A stretch of 64,000 bases of DNA. Source: Phoronis australis. Taxonomy: Eukaryota; Animalia; Phoronida. Position numbers and translations under genes: made by a program. The stretch spans positions 223,559-287,558 of the forward strand of contig NMRA01000547.1 of NCBI GenBank assembly GCA_002633005.1, read 5' to 3'. Below the pieces are notes generated by a model, which was not told the origin of the DNA, did no database searches, and saw only the letters and a program-made list of their open reading frames with translations. Positions 15,101-27,100 of the stretch are shown here, piece by piece. Position 1 is the first letter of the stretch, and every line of letters begins with the position of its first letter.

Positions 15101-18100
15101 TCAGACCAAAAGGATGAAAGTTGCTAAACTTCGATCCTTCATGCCACCAACAACTTCCTTTGAGATAGTTCTGATAACATATTATTGCATTGGTACAGAT
15201 AAATCAGGGCTGTAGGAAGCAGGGGACCAGGGGGGGGCACGGGCCCCCAAAAAATTTTCAGGCATCAGGGTTAAACCGTGGCAACCGACGCGTGGGGCGG
15301 GGACAGTCGATAAGAGAGAAAACTCAAGAGAACATTTTACATCTCTGTATCAGTGCATGGTTTACCTTTTGATGACCCTGGCCAGGACATTGTTGTTGGG
15401 GTCTCCGCTTTCTCAGCAAAGGTCGTCTAAATGCACTTGGAAACGTGCATGTAATGATTCATGCATATATTTCGAAAAATCAACAAAATTTGTAAAGCGG
15501 GGCTTTTGCGGAGCACATTAATTTACTGGATTTTTAAATTTAGTAAGTCAATTTTGCGACAACAAAACCATATTTTTCCAGAGGCCCCTCTCTGGCAAGA
15601 GATAACGGAGACAGACACCTGTCGCTTTTTTTTCTCGAATTGTATATCCCTTGATAAAAATTGATGACTTGACAGATATCATCAATTGCTGCACATTTCT
15701 TGATTTTTGAAAATATAGGTATTTTCACATAGAGGGGCCCCACGTCTGTAGGAGGCCATTGATGACATTCAAGTGACCACAGTTTTTATATTTCTATTGA
15801 CAAATTCTTAAGGGTAAGCTTACGGAGAGAGGACCCAATGTTGGACTCGATTACGTCCATTTTCCTGTTTTTTTGTGAAATCGTGCAACCAACTTTCATG
15901 TTGAAGAAAGTCACTTCCTGCACCGTCATCTGACCACACGAGGGTGTAATGAACTGTCACTCTTTTCCAACCTTAATGATGTTTAGCTTTTCATTATTAA
16001 GTTGTCCCATTTCAGACGGTAGAGCAGTTCGGAGAAATGTCCCTTTGTCCCTCTTTACATGTAAATCTGACACTGCCAAGTATTCACCAGGGAAGTCGTG
16101 ATTCGAAATTCATCAAAAAATACATTTGTGCACAGCACAGCAGTATCAAGACATTCGACCAAAACAGCCAAAAATGTGAAAAAAATACAATAGGATTGAC
16201 CACCATCGAAAGGGAGCCAGGAATTTCAAAGAACGTGAAGACTGTTGTTTGTTAATTACACAAAAGGACGTACTACTTCCGATGGTTAGTTATAAATAAT
16301 GCGACTGTTTCCCATTTTATCACTAGAATAGTATGTCTTTTGAAGATGGTTACAACGATTTGCTTGTAAGGAATTCCCACATGTGGAAAACACTGCTGTC
16401 GAGGCTTCCATTGGGGTGACCGTGTACATGTCGAATGAGTGTACCCAAATGCCCTTCTTCAGGCGTTGTTTCGCAGGGACCTTTATCAATTCAGCGTACA
16501 TATCTCTGTCGTAATCTGATGGCTGAAAATGCTTGCCACTGCTTTGTACGTTGCGTGAACGGGTAGCGCTGCGTTATTCACACGAACGAGCTAGCCAAGT
16601 ACGGCGAAGTCTATCATCCTTTGGAAAGTGATGCAAGGTACCCAAAGCGCGCGAGACGATAATGAGTACATCCTGGTACACAGCAACAGTGCGGCATGTT
16701 GACTGACTCGTAAACAAAAGCAAACGACGACCGAACTTATCACATCCGAGGTAGAACAATGACTGACTTGACAGCTCTCAGTCTGACTGTATGAAAAGAA
16801 ATTGGCGCGAAATTCTTGCCTCCTAAAACGTCACTTCCGAAGTAGAGAACGAGAAATTAATTAAATTACGAAAAGCTGTAATTAAGTGAAAAATATGTCT
16901 GGGATAATCAACAGACCTTATTTTTGCTAAAAAAGACATGAAAAAAAGGCTGCCCTTGCCTTTAAAAATAAAGTGTAACCATGCAGTAGGCCTGCTTAGA
17001 ATCTCAGTTATTGAACCCCAGACGTTGATGTGTGTACATTTTTGGGACACAATCTGTATTATTTTCCCCAGCAACCAGAAAGTGGACTACCGCCTGTGTT
17101 TCATCAAGGGATTCTGAAACGGCCACAAAGGCACTCATACCAGGCACCTCGGGACCTCACCTTTCCAAAAATTACTTCAAAGAATCCCCATAATAAAATG
17201 AATTAAATTTTTCCGAAAATGGATCATAATAAAAGGAACCTTGACCTTCGACCCAGCTATAGTTACTTCAGGCAGCTCCCAGCCACCCGTCAGTGCGCTC
17301 GGGGCCTCGATGCATTCTTACTCTCCGTGAATCTTTGTTGGTTTTGGTTCACGGTTACTCAAATCCTGATGGCTGCATCCCCGGTATTACCCCCACCTAT
17401 GGCGGACATGGGGGTGGGGTTCGGTACAAATATGGTGACATACAGAGAATGGGGAGGGGGCGTGACGATAACAAGGGGGTAGGTTGGCGAAGTCAAATTG
17501 GTTTGTGCACCCCTAATAATTTTTTCCTTCCTACGGGCCTGTAAATACAAAAGATGACATTATCACTTTGTGACACAGTCACTCATAGCTATCAATGCCA
17601 GAAGCACCTTTGCGGTATAAACTAAAGTCATGTGACTGCTACAAAAAAACGATTTTAGAATTAAAAAGTTGGATAATAGTCTTTCAACAATTACATTTTT
17701 CAACAAGGATAAGGGTCAATGCATTAATCAGAAGTTACAACTGCACTCCAGAAGTAAACTGAAGAATTGTTTAGTGACTGCTGAATCCTCAACCAGGGTG
17801 TGTTTAGCAACAACAACAAGAATGGAAAAGCATATTACAACAGTGGCCAATAATTTGGGTTGGTGTTGATGTCAGGGTTTTCACAAATTGGCTTGTATTT
17901 AACTGCACTCCAAAACTTCTCTACCACTCTACCCTACTACAGTGACCGAAGATGACACCATTATCTGACACTGTCTTTGTTAGAACACATTTACTTGTGT
18001 TAAAGGGGAGCCACGGCGCTATCTGTACACAGTTGGCACCGTTATTTTCAAGTTTTACTTCGGGCCTGATATCAACTAGATGCTTTTTTGTTAAAATGTA

Positions 18101-21100
18101 GAAATAATTTACTTGCCAAACCTGAATAGAAGTCCTATTTTTTAATAGCATCTCATGCAAAACCGGAACATTTTAAAAACAAATTCCATACAGTGCATCA
18201 TAAAGCATAGTGTCTGAAAGTTTCCAGTGAACGTGATCAGCCATTTTTGAGATACGATGTTCCGAAGTTGGCCAAATTTGGACTCTTTTCTAGGGTACAA
18301 CATGACCGTTAAGACCTTTTTGAACATTCCATATTGAACAGTAAAACTTACCGGTAAATTAGGGTATATGTGAAAGAGGTCTTGACGACCATCTTTTCTG
18401 GCTTGGGCCAGTTGGCTGTCTGTCTCTCGAGAATACTGAATGATAAAATAAAGAAAATGCAAGCTTTCATAAAATCTGTGACTGTTCGTTTCTTAGATTG
18501 CTTTACAACTAGGATATCATAATCATGAGAGTTTTTATGCCAATTGTTCAAATTTGAAGTATCAGCTGAATGTCACATGCATTTTACAAGATCTAAGATC
18601 ATAGATAGAACTATGCCAGAACAATATATCATGTAAGCAATACCCATTTATTCCTTTCCACTCACATATTTGGTAACATGAACAAACTCATCACTATTTC
18701 CATATACTGTAATATTCATTTAAGGACGTTATGACAAACATTATCAGCAAATCTGCACATTTAACTAAATATCCATGTTGACGACACGTTCGTGTTACTC
18801 CATGAGTATGACATTGACAGCTTCACACGTCACATTAACAGCTAAAACGAAAACATACTGTTCACCATGGAACCTGAGGTTGATGGTCGATTGCCATTCC
18901 TAGACTTATAAAGACGAGGTCTCTACCAAGATCACGCTATATCGCAAACACACCCACACAGACAGTATTTGAACTTCAAGTCCAACCACCATGTTCACAC
19001 AGTCTGTTATGAGAACGCTACTGAACCGTGCAGAAAGATACATCACTGAGGATAAGGATACAAAGAGTGATCGTCAGCACATACACCTTGCTTTGAAAGC
19101 CAACGACTATGAGCCATGGGCATTGTAACTTCCTCACAATCGAAACCTACCAGCACTAGTGATAACCGCTGGGATCCCATACATTTGTGGAGTGTCCGAA
19201 GAGCTACGTCGAGTCTTCAAATGCCATGAAGTCAACGCTTACTTTAAACTCTTCACATTCAGGTAGTTAAACCAAAAGAAGTCACCCCACTTGAGCAGTA
19301 AAGAGGCCATTTACATTAAGCAGTGTAACCCCCCCCCACTTAACCGTGACCAGGGACTGCAACTTCCTCCTATTTATGATTAGGTGTTACTTCCAGTTCC
19401 ACAACAGCGGGAACAACAGTCACGTGATCAATGGCCTGAGCTTCAGGCTTGAAAGGTTATGCTCAATTAACTAAATCTCTCCTAGTAAGTAACTTATCTA
19501 GTTTTTACCAACATGAATTTAACTCAATAAAAGAATAAAAGTATATATGATTCTGACAAAAGAAAATCCGTAGAGTTTAATTTTGAACATAACATGCCAT
19601 TGACAGGTCACGTGACTATGTTTTTTTCGAAAATTTATAGTAAAACAGTAGCATCAAGAATGAGACCTCATTTCCATAACACTGTCAAAAATGTCAAAAT
19701 TGCTGTTTTCCTTTTGTTTAATACACTATAGGCTTTGATTTCATATTAGTAACATTTTTGATAATTTAGAATAAAGCATTTTGTAGAACAGTACATAAAC
19801 TATGACACAAAAACATTTTCTTTGAAGCTGGTCAGTCAAATCTGAGACAAGATGTTAAGAAGTTAGCTTAATTTTTGACATCTTTTCAGGGTTCCTTAAT
19901 TGGCATAGGATTCAGGGAGATGAACATTATGAGGGTAATGAAAAAGTCACACACTTATAAACAACCCCTACTAACAACGCACTGGTTACACCAGCCAATA
20001 TGCTGAATCTGAAGAGACCGTTAAGTTTCAAACAAACCTTCAGCAGTTCAGGATTTTTTCCAGAGTCCCAACCATCTCGTTCATCAACACCTCTTCCAGG
20101 AGAAGAAGTGTCTGAAATTAGTAAAACAGTATCACAGTGACACAAATAGCATGCTGTAAAAGCAATTAAGTAAACCAACATGAAAACAAGAGAAATTTGC
20201 CTAATTTCACGAAAATTTGTTCAGAAAAAAGGTAAAAGTAAAAAATGAACTTGAGAGTACAATCCTTCTGAGAGAATGTGTGTGCCATCCAATCCACAAC
20301 AGGAAAATGACTGAAATTTCCATAGACATTCACAGAAGGTTTTGTAGATGCAACAGCAGACCTTAGATGCCAGATGAACAGCCAGTACATATGAATATGT
20401 GGATGCACGAAAAGGATATATATATATCAACATTTCATCTCATACATTTCAGATTTCATCCAGACTCATAACTTTAGATAAACTTTGCAAACAACCCAAG
20501 CTATACACAATACACTAACTGAAGGAGGATCAAGCACTATGTTTCAACTATAACTTTGACCTCAAAAGAACAGAAATAATACCAGGCTTACACCAAACAA
20601 TATTCTACACATAATTCTCACATAAAAATCCCAATATCACTGCAGAAAAACAAAATAATTTGGCACAATTCAAAGCACTGTATATCAGAAATGGCAGACT
20701 GAGATGAGCCAATTTCGAAAAGCCTAAGTTTTGTCTGCTTCACTGGCTTAATAGCATGGCTGGGTACCTGTACTAACCTATTTTATCTTCCATTCATTTT
20801 AACAAGAGCAACGTTGAAATGCGCTGATGAATGCACCGCAGATGGTGTGCTTCTAAGGTTGTTTATGTGTATCATAAAAATGGCCACTAAATGGCGCAAA
20901 AATGTTGAATCCATACGATAACATGCCATCACTTCTTTAACAGCAAACTATTTACCAAATTTCATAAAAATCTGTCAAGGAACTTCAGGGAAATAAAAGG
21001 AAAATGGAAGAAAATCAAATTCCCACTAGAGGGCACAGCGTTCATTGGCTCCGCCTGAAAGTTGTCGTTGTCTGTTGTTAGCTTCCTAAATTTAATGAAG

Positions 21101-24100
21101 ATCCTGTAGTGGGTTTAGGAGACACAGCTATGGGTGCAAAACAAAACATAACTACCACTAGGAGGCACAGCAGTAGTCAAAGTCGTCATCGTCAACAGTC
21201 CTCTTCACACTGAGATCATATACTCTTGGTGGACGCCAAAAAACAGACTCTGTCATGTTTTTACCCGTGTGTGGGTGGGCGCAGGTTGTTACAGACCGGT
21301 GCTAATAGCTTTCGGAGTGACGATTGACTGAAGACTGGTTCGAGTTAATCCTTTATTAATCCGCACCGTACGTTCACAAGCCTACTCAAACCAAACGTCC
21401 GACGTAATGTCTGTTTATGCTCCAGCCAATGCTGAGAAGCCTTGACTTGTGATGAACTTCTGAGACACGTTCAGCAACTGTTACACTCGTCGATTCAATA
21501 ACCTGCTGTCTCTATAGCTGGCTCTCTATTGACTATCGCTGTAACTGCTGATTCTCTTCACTGCAACTCAACTGTAGTTCTGATTAACTTACTTGAACTG
21601 ACTTGATCTTCTCTTGAACTGAATTGATATTCTCTTGAACTGACTTGATCTTCTCTTGAACTGACTTGATCAAACCCGTGCTTGTGTATTTATAGCCTAA
21701 TGCATTGTTCTAGAACTTTTCATCAATTCAAGCACATTCTAGAACTTTCCTGAATCTACCCATCCATTCTACAAATATATACTAGTCTCTAGATTATTCC
21801 AGACTGTATTAATCACTGTCATGCTAGAGTCTTCTACAAAGTTCCACACTACACTGTAGTAAACAAATTACATCATCACTGTTCTGACATCAGTCTACTA
21901 GAAAGTTCCACACTATTTTGTAGTAAACAAATTACATCATCACTGTACTTAACTCAGGGGTCATGCCAATCAAAGAGAATAACAAAACAAAACAATGCAA
22001 CTAAAAATACTGTCAGACTATATTCTGACAGAGTAGAAAACAGCAAAAATGGCCACTAGGTGGCGCAAAATACCTCGATCCCATCCAAAAACGGGATTAT
22101 AGCGTTATCTCACCAATAGATGCTTATATTTCAAATTTTATGAAAATCCCTTGAGGACCTTTGAAGATAGAGAGGTAAACGTAAAAACTAAAATTGCTAC
22201 TAGGGAGCACACCGGTTATCAGATCCGTCTGAACGTTGTCGTCGTCGTTCGTTGTCAACATCATATAAATACACTAGCTACATTTAGTAAAGATCATGCA
22301 AATGGTTTAGGAGATACTGCCATGGGCGCAAAAAAAAAACTGAAACAGCCACTAGGAGACGCCAAAGTAGTCGATGTCGTCAGAAAATAGTCGTCAGCTG
22401 CCCTCTTCATAGTAAGAACATACATGCCAATTTTCACAATCCTTAGAGCAGTTGGGTTCATAGAGGGGTGGAAGCCAAAAAACAGACTTGAAAACAGTAA
22501 AAATGGCCACTAGGTAGCGCAAACTACATCAAATCTATCCGAAAACAGGAGGATAGTGTCATCTCACTAATAGATACCTAATGCCAAATTTCATGAAAAT
22601 ACATTGAGGACCTATGAAGATATAGTGGTAAACATAAAAAAAATAAAATTGCCACTAGGGGGCACACCGGGTAGTCTGATCAGTTCGAAAGCCGTCGTCA
22701 TTCTTTGTCAACTTCATATAAATATACTTGCTAAATTTAATCAATATCCTGCACAGCATTTACGATACCGCCACAGGCTCAAAATCAAACAAAACTGCCA
22801 CTAGGAGGCACTACAGTAGTCGAAGTCGTCAGAAAATCGTCGGCCACCCTCTTCATAGTAAGAGCATAAGTAACAGTTTTCACAATCATCCTTAGAGCGG
22901 TTTGGTTGATAGAGGGGCGGATGCCGAAAAACAGACTTGTAAAAATGGCCACTAGGTAACGCAAAATAGTCCAATGAATTTGCAAACGCATGCATAGCAT
23001 CATCTCATTAATACAGACATGCCTATGTGCCAAGTTTTATGAAAATCCTTTGAGGACCTTTGAGAAAAAAAGAGGTAAACGTAAACAAGAGCAATGCGGA
23101 GCCTTGAAGTGCGCCCACGAATGCGCCGCAAATGGTGTGCTTTTAGGGTTATTTAGTTGTATCATAACAATGGCTACTAGATGGCGCAAAAACGTACAAT
23201 CCATCCAAAAAACAGGAACATGCCATATTTCGTAAAAAGCTGTCAGGAACTTGAGAGAGACAATGGAAAACAGAATAAAATGAAATTGCCACTAGTTGGG
23301 CACAGAATCCGTTGGATCCGCCTGAAAGTCGCCGTGCTCTGTTGTTATTTTAATACAGCTATGGACGCGAAACAAAACAAAACTACTACTAGGAGGCGCC
23401 ACAGTAGTCAGTCGCCATCATCAAACGTCCTCTTCACACTGAGAACATTTCAATATTCAAAACCATCCCTAGAAGGATTTGGTTGACAGAGGGGTGGACA
23501 CCAAAACCAGGGTTTGAAAACAGCAAAAATGGCCACTACCTTGAGTATCCAAAAACAGGAGCAAAGCGTCATCTCTTCAGTAGATGCCTATATTCAAAAT
23601 TTTATGAAAATCTGTTGAGGACCTTTTAAGATACAGAGGTAAATGAAAAAAACTAAAATTGCCACTAGGGGGCACATCAGTGGTCAGATCCGTCTGAAAG
23701 TCGTTGTCTGTTGTCAACATCATAGAAATACCTTTGCTAAATTAAGTAAAGATCCTGCAAACAGTTTAGGAGATGCAGCCATGAGCGCAAAAAAAAAAAA
23801 CTGCCACTAGGAGGCACCCCACTGGACAAAGTTGTCAGAAAATCATCATCAGCCGTCCACTTCATAGTAAAAACATACATGCTGATTTTCACAATTATCC
23901 TGAAAACGGTTTGGTTGATAGACGAGTGGACGCCAAACAACAGATTCGAAAACAGTAAAAATAGCCACTAGGTGGCGCAAACTAGGACGAATCCATCTGA
24001 AAATGGAGAGATAGCATCACATCATTAACAGATGTGTATGCCAAATTTTATGAAACTACGTTGAGGACCTTTGAACATACAGAGGTTGATGTGAAAAAAA

Positions 24101-27100
24101 TAAAATTGCCACTAGGTGGCACACCAGTAGTCAGATCTGTCCTAAAGTCGTCGTCCTGTGTTACTAACATCATATAAATACACTTACTAAATTTAGATCC
24201 TGCAAACGGTTTAGGACATGCAGCCATAGGCGCAAAAAAAAAACAAAATTGCCACTAGGAGGCGCCACAGTAATTGAAGTCATCGGAAAAGCATCGTCCA
24301 CCGTCCACTTCATAGTAAGAACATACATGACAATTTTCGCAATCATCACTTGAGCGGTTTGGTTGATGGAGGAATGGACGGCAAAAAACAACAAAAATGG
24401 CCACTAGGTGGCGCAAAATACCTTGAATCCATCCAAAAACAAAAGGATAGCGCCATCTTCCTAATATATGGTTATGTGCCAAATTTCATGAAAATCAGTT
24501 GAGAACCTTTGAAGATACAGAGGTAAACGTAAAAAACTAAAATTGCCACTAGGGGGCACGGGTCGGTCCGAAACTCGTCGCCCTCTATCGTCAACCCCAT
24601 AGGAACACACCTGCCAAATTTCAATAAGATCTTGTAAGGGGTTTAGGGGATACAGCCGCGGACTCTGGACAGAGATTGACGGCAATATGCACCCACAAAT
24701 AAATATGTGGACGCATAAAAAATAAAGCTGTCACTAGGGGGCACACCAATAGTGGGGTCTGTCCAAAATTCGTCGTTATCTGTCATCAGCTTTATAGTAA
24801 CACATCTGCCAAATCCCATACAGCTGCAGACGCCGGACGCCCAGACCGACAGAGATGAAGGCAATATGCGACCACATATAAATATGTAGGTGCAAAATTA
24901 GGCAAAAAAGCATAATTGGCTCGAGTCAGTGGTGCGGTGAATTTTCAAAAAATAAAAATCCACCAGAGACGAGCAAAAATGATGAGGTATCTTTTTTCAC
25001 CCATTACATGCCAAATCATGACGCTTCAGCTATTGCTTTCCTTTGCTTACTCGCCCTTGGGCAGCTTTTCAAACAAAATAAACACGAGACCCTGGCTGCA
25101 ATTTATGTTGGCAGGCATTTTGCTATTTTTAGTCAAGCACAGATCTCAAAATAAGTAGTGGTAGAGACTAAAACCAACTATGCTTTTTTGGCCTTACTGG
25201 TACTCTGCCCCGATGGTAAAGCTCAGACATTTCCATTTAACTGTCTTTCTATAAGACTTTATAGAATACAAGAGCAGTCAGGATCTCTGCCAAGTTCGAT
25301 GTTAAACCCTGTTTTACTGATTTCAACCAATCATGGTTATGTCCCAACACAGCCAGAATGGCAAGTCTTAATAGATCATTCTTCGTCACTATCTTTACAT
25401 ACGTCATAAAAGTGTGTAAGCACAATTAACCAGGGCCAGCAAAATTGCAGAATGCCAAAACTGTTGTATCATCCCATTCCTCGGTATACACGCAATCCCA
25501 CCTTTCAAATTAACGGCCTGTTCCTGAGCCCTGGCTGCCTGTAACACCTTGTTGATAGTGTTAATCCATTCCTCTGTGTCCTGGTCACTGTCTGATGTCA
25601 AGTAGTGAACAGATTTGTCCTGCATGTGCACCTCAAATGCGTGCCGACCTTTTTTGTCGTTCTGTGGAAGCAGGATGAACAAAATGAAATAACACTGAGT
25701 CAATGTTAGATGTTACAGTGTATCCTGCACCATCTGAGAGCTTGTCCCTTATTCATGTGAATCACGATACTTGATTCATGACCCATTGTCACCAGTTATT
25801 TTCATAACAAGAAACCAAAGTTCAGGACGGGTAAGTGCATAATCCTTACAATATTGCCTAGTATCCAGTTATTACGAAGTTGCTGTTTAGGAGTCAGTCA
25901 CTGGCAACAACTATTGCCATCGGTTTCAAATTTGTTGCGGTAGCTATGATACAAATCAGCATGAACCAAAGTAACAAGATTTTCAAATTTATCCACAACA
26001 CCTTAACCATTCAATGTGTTATTTCATCCTGAGTGCATTTAAATTGTAAGAAACTGTCACTTGGTTATCATCTGCAATCTGACTTCAATATCATAACCAC
26101 TTGATACTAGTGCTCTGAATCCACTCTCAATGTTAATTCACAATGCATCGAACATATTGGCAGTCTTGTCTAAAAGTTTGTAATTTCCTGCTGCAGTATG
26201 TTGCAATTGTGAAAATGATGTCAAAGTCACCAAAATCAAGTGAAGATGCCCCACCTAAACCTAATGCAGATGCTGCGGCATGACCTTCAGATTTAAAAAA
26301 AGGTTCTGTTGACGTCCGCCATGAGTTTAAACAAAATATGTTAGTTCAAAGGAAAAATTATACAGTTAGACGAACTTACCTTAAGTGAAGGATGACTGTA
26401 ATTTTATGTATCCCCAGAATTCCCCCAGAGTGCTAACATGAGATACGGACATGCGCAAAGCGAACCATTCTTTAAAGCTCTTCTGTGATCAAGAGAGTGC
26501 TAACAGGGTGGGATGNGTATAACTTGCGCGAAAAAACCTTCCAAAGGAAAAACACGTCTTCCTCCAGAAGATAAGTCCGTGGAATGGTTCGCTTTGCGCA
26601 TGTCCGTATCTCATGGTAGTACTCGGGGGAATTCTGGGAGGAATAAAATTCACCACCATGATATTGTACATCTCTAATTTGGAGTATTCGCTAGGGTTGT
26701 AATGTAATCACTTCCATACCTATAGGTATTCTACCACAGCTTGAGCTCCTTTATACAGGAAATGATGTTCAACAGTTTTCAGTAACAATCTTATCTGGCG
26801 TTGCATTCCTGATTATCAATTAGCTTTTTCACACCATTTTTTCAAAATTTCTTCTAATGAATGTTACCTTGACAACATCAGCGGCCGAGTCCAAGTAGAT
26901 GACTCCCTTTGCATCTAGTTTTTTGTCATCTTTGTGAAACTCTAGGGCATATGTAGTGTCTGCTTGTTGCTTCAAATAGCAATAGCGCTTCTTATATGCC
27001 TGCACAGAAACAACAGTTTATGGAAGACAATGCCAACCAATCAAATGACGTGCGTGGACCAAAGTTGCAGCAGGCCACCAAATGTTACTTCTTGGTAAAA

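Larger units (their letters stand above)
20801..24894 (-). mobile_element. HINE-like element, copy 3 (full length; interrupted by solo LTR 21251-22030 and by nested copy 4)
   Basis: Terminus aacaagagcaacgttgaaatgcgc at 20801; other end has a GACG-like tract plus hairpin atgcgaccacatataaatatgtaggtgca at ~24866-24894; repeat register continues across both insertions. Confidence 0.8.

Noticed and set aside
15808-16965. Complete TTAA-flanked Kolobok element
   Set aside because: Left end (gggtaagcttac) matches the right TIR (aggcaagggcag) too poorly to call both boundaries
22151-24864. Many 60-100 aa ORFs with recurring PPSG/ATRW words
   Set aside because: Incidental translations of the HINE repeat; frames are not conserved between copies
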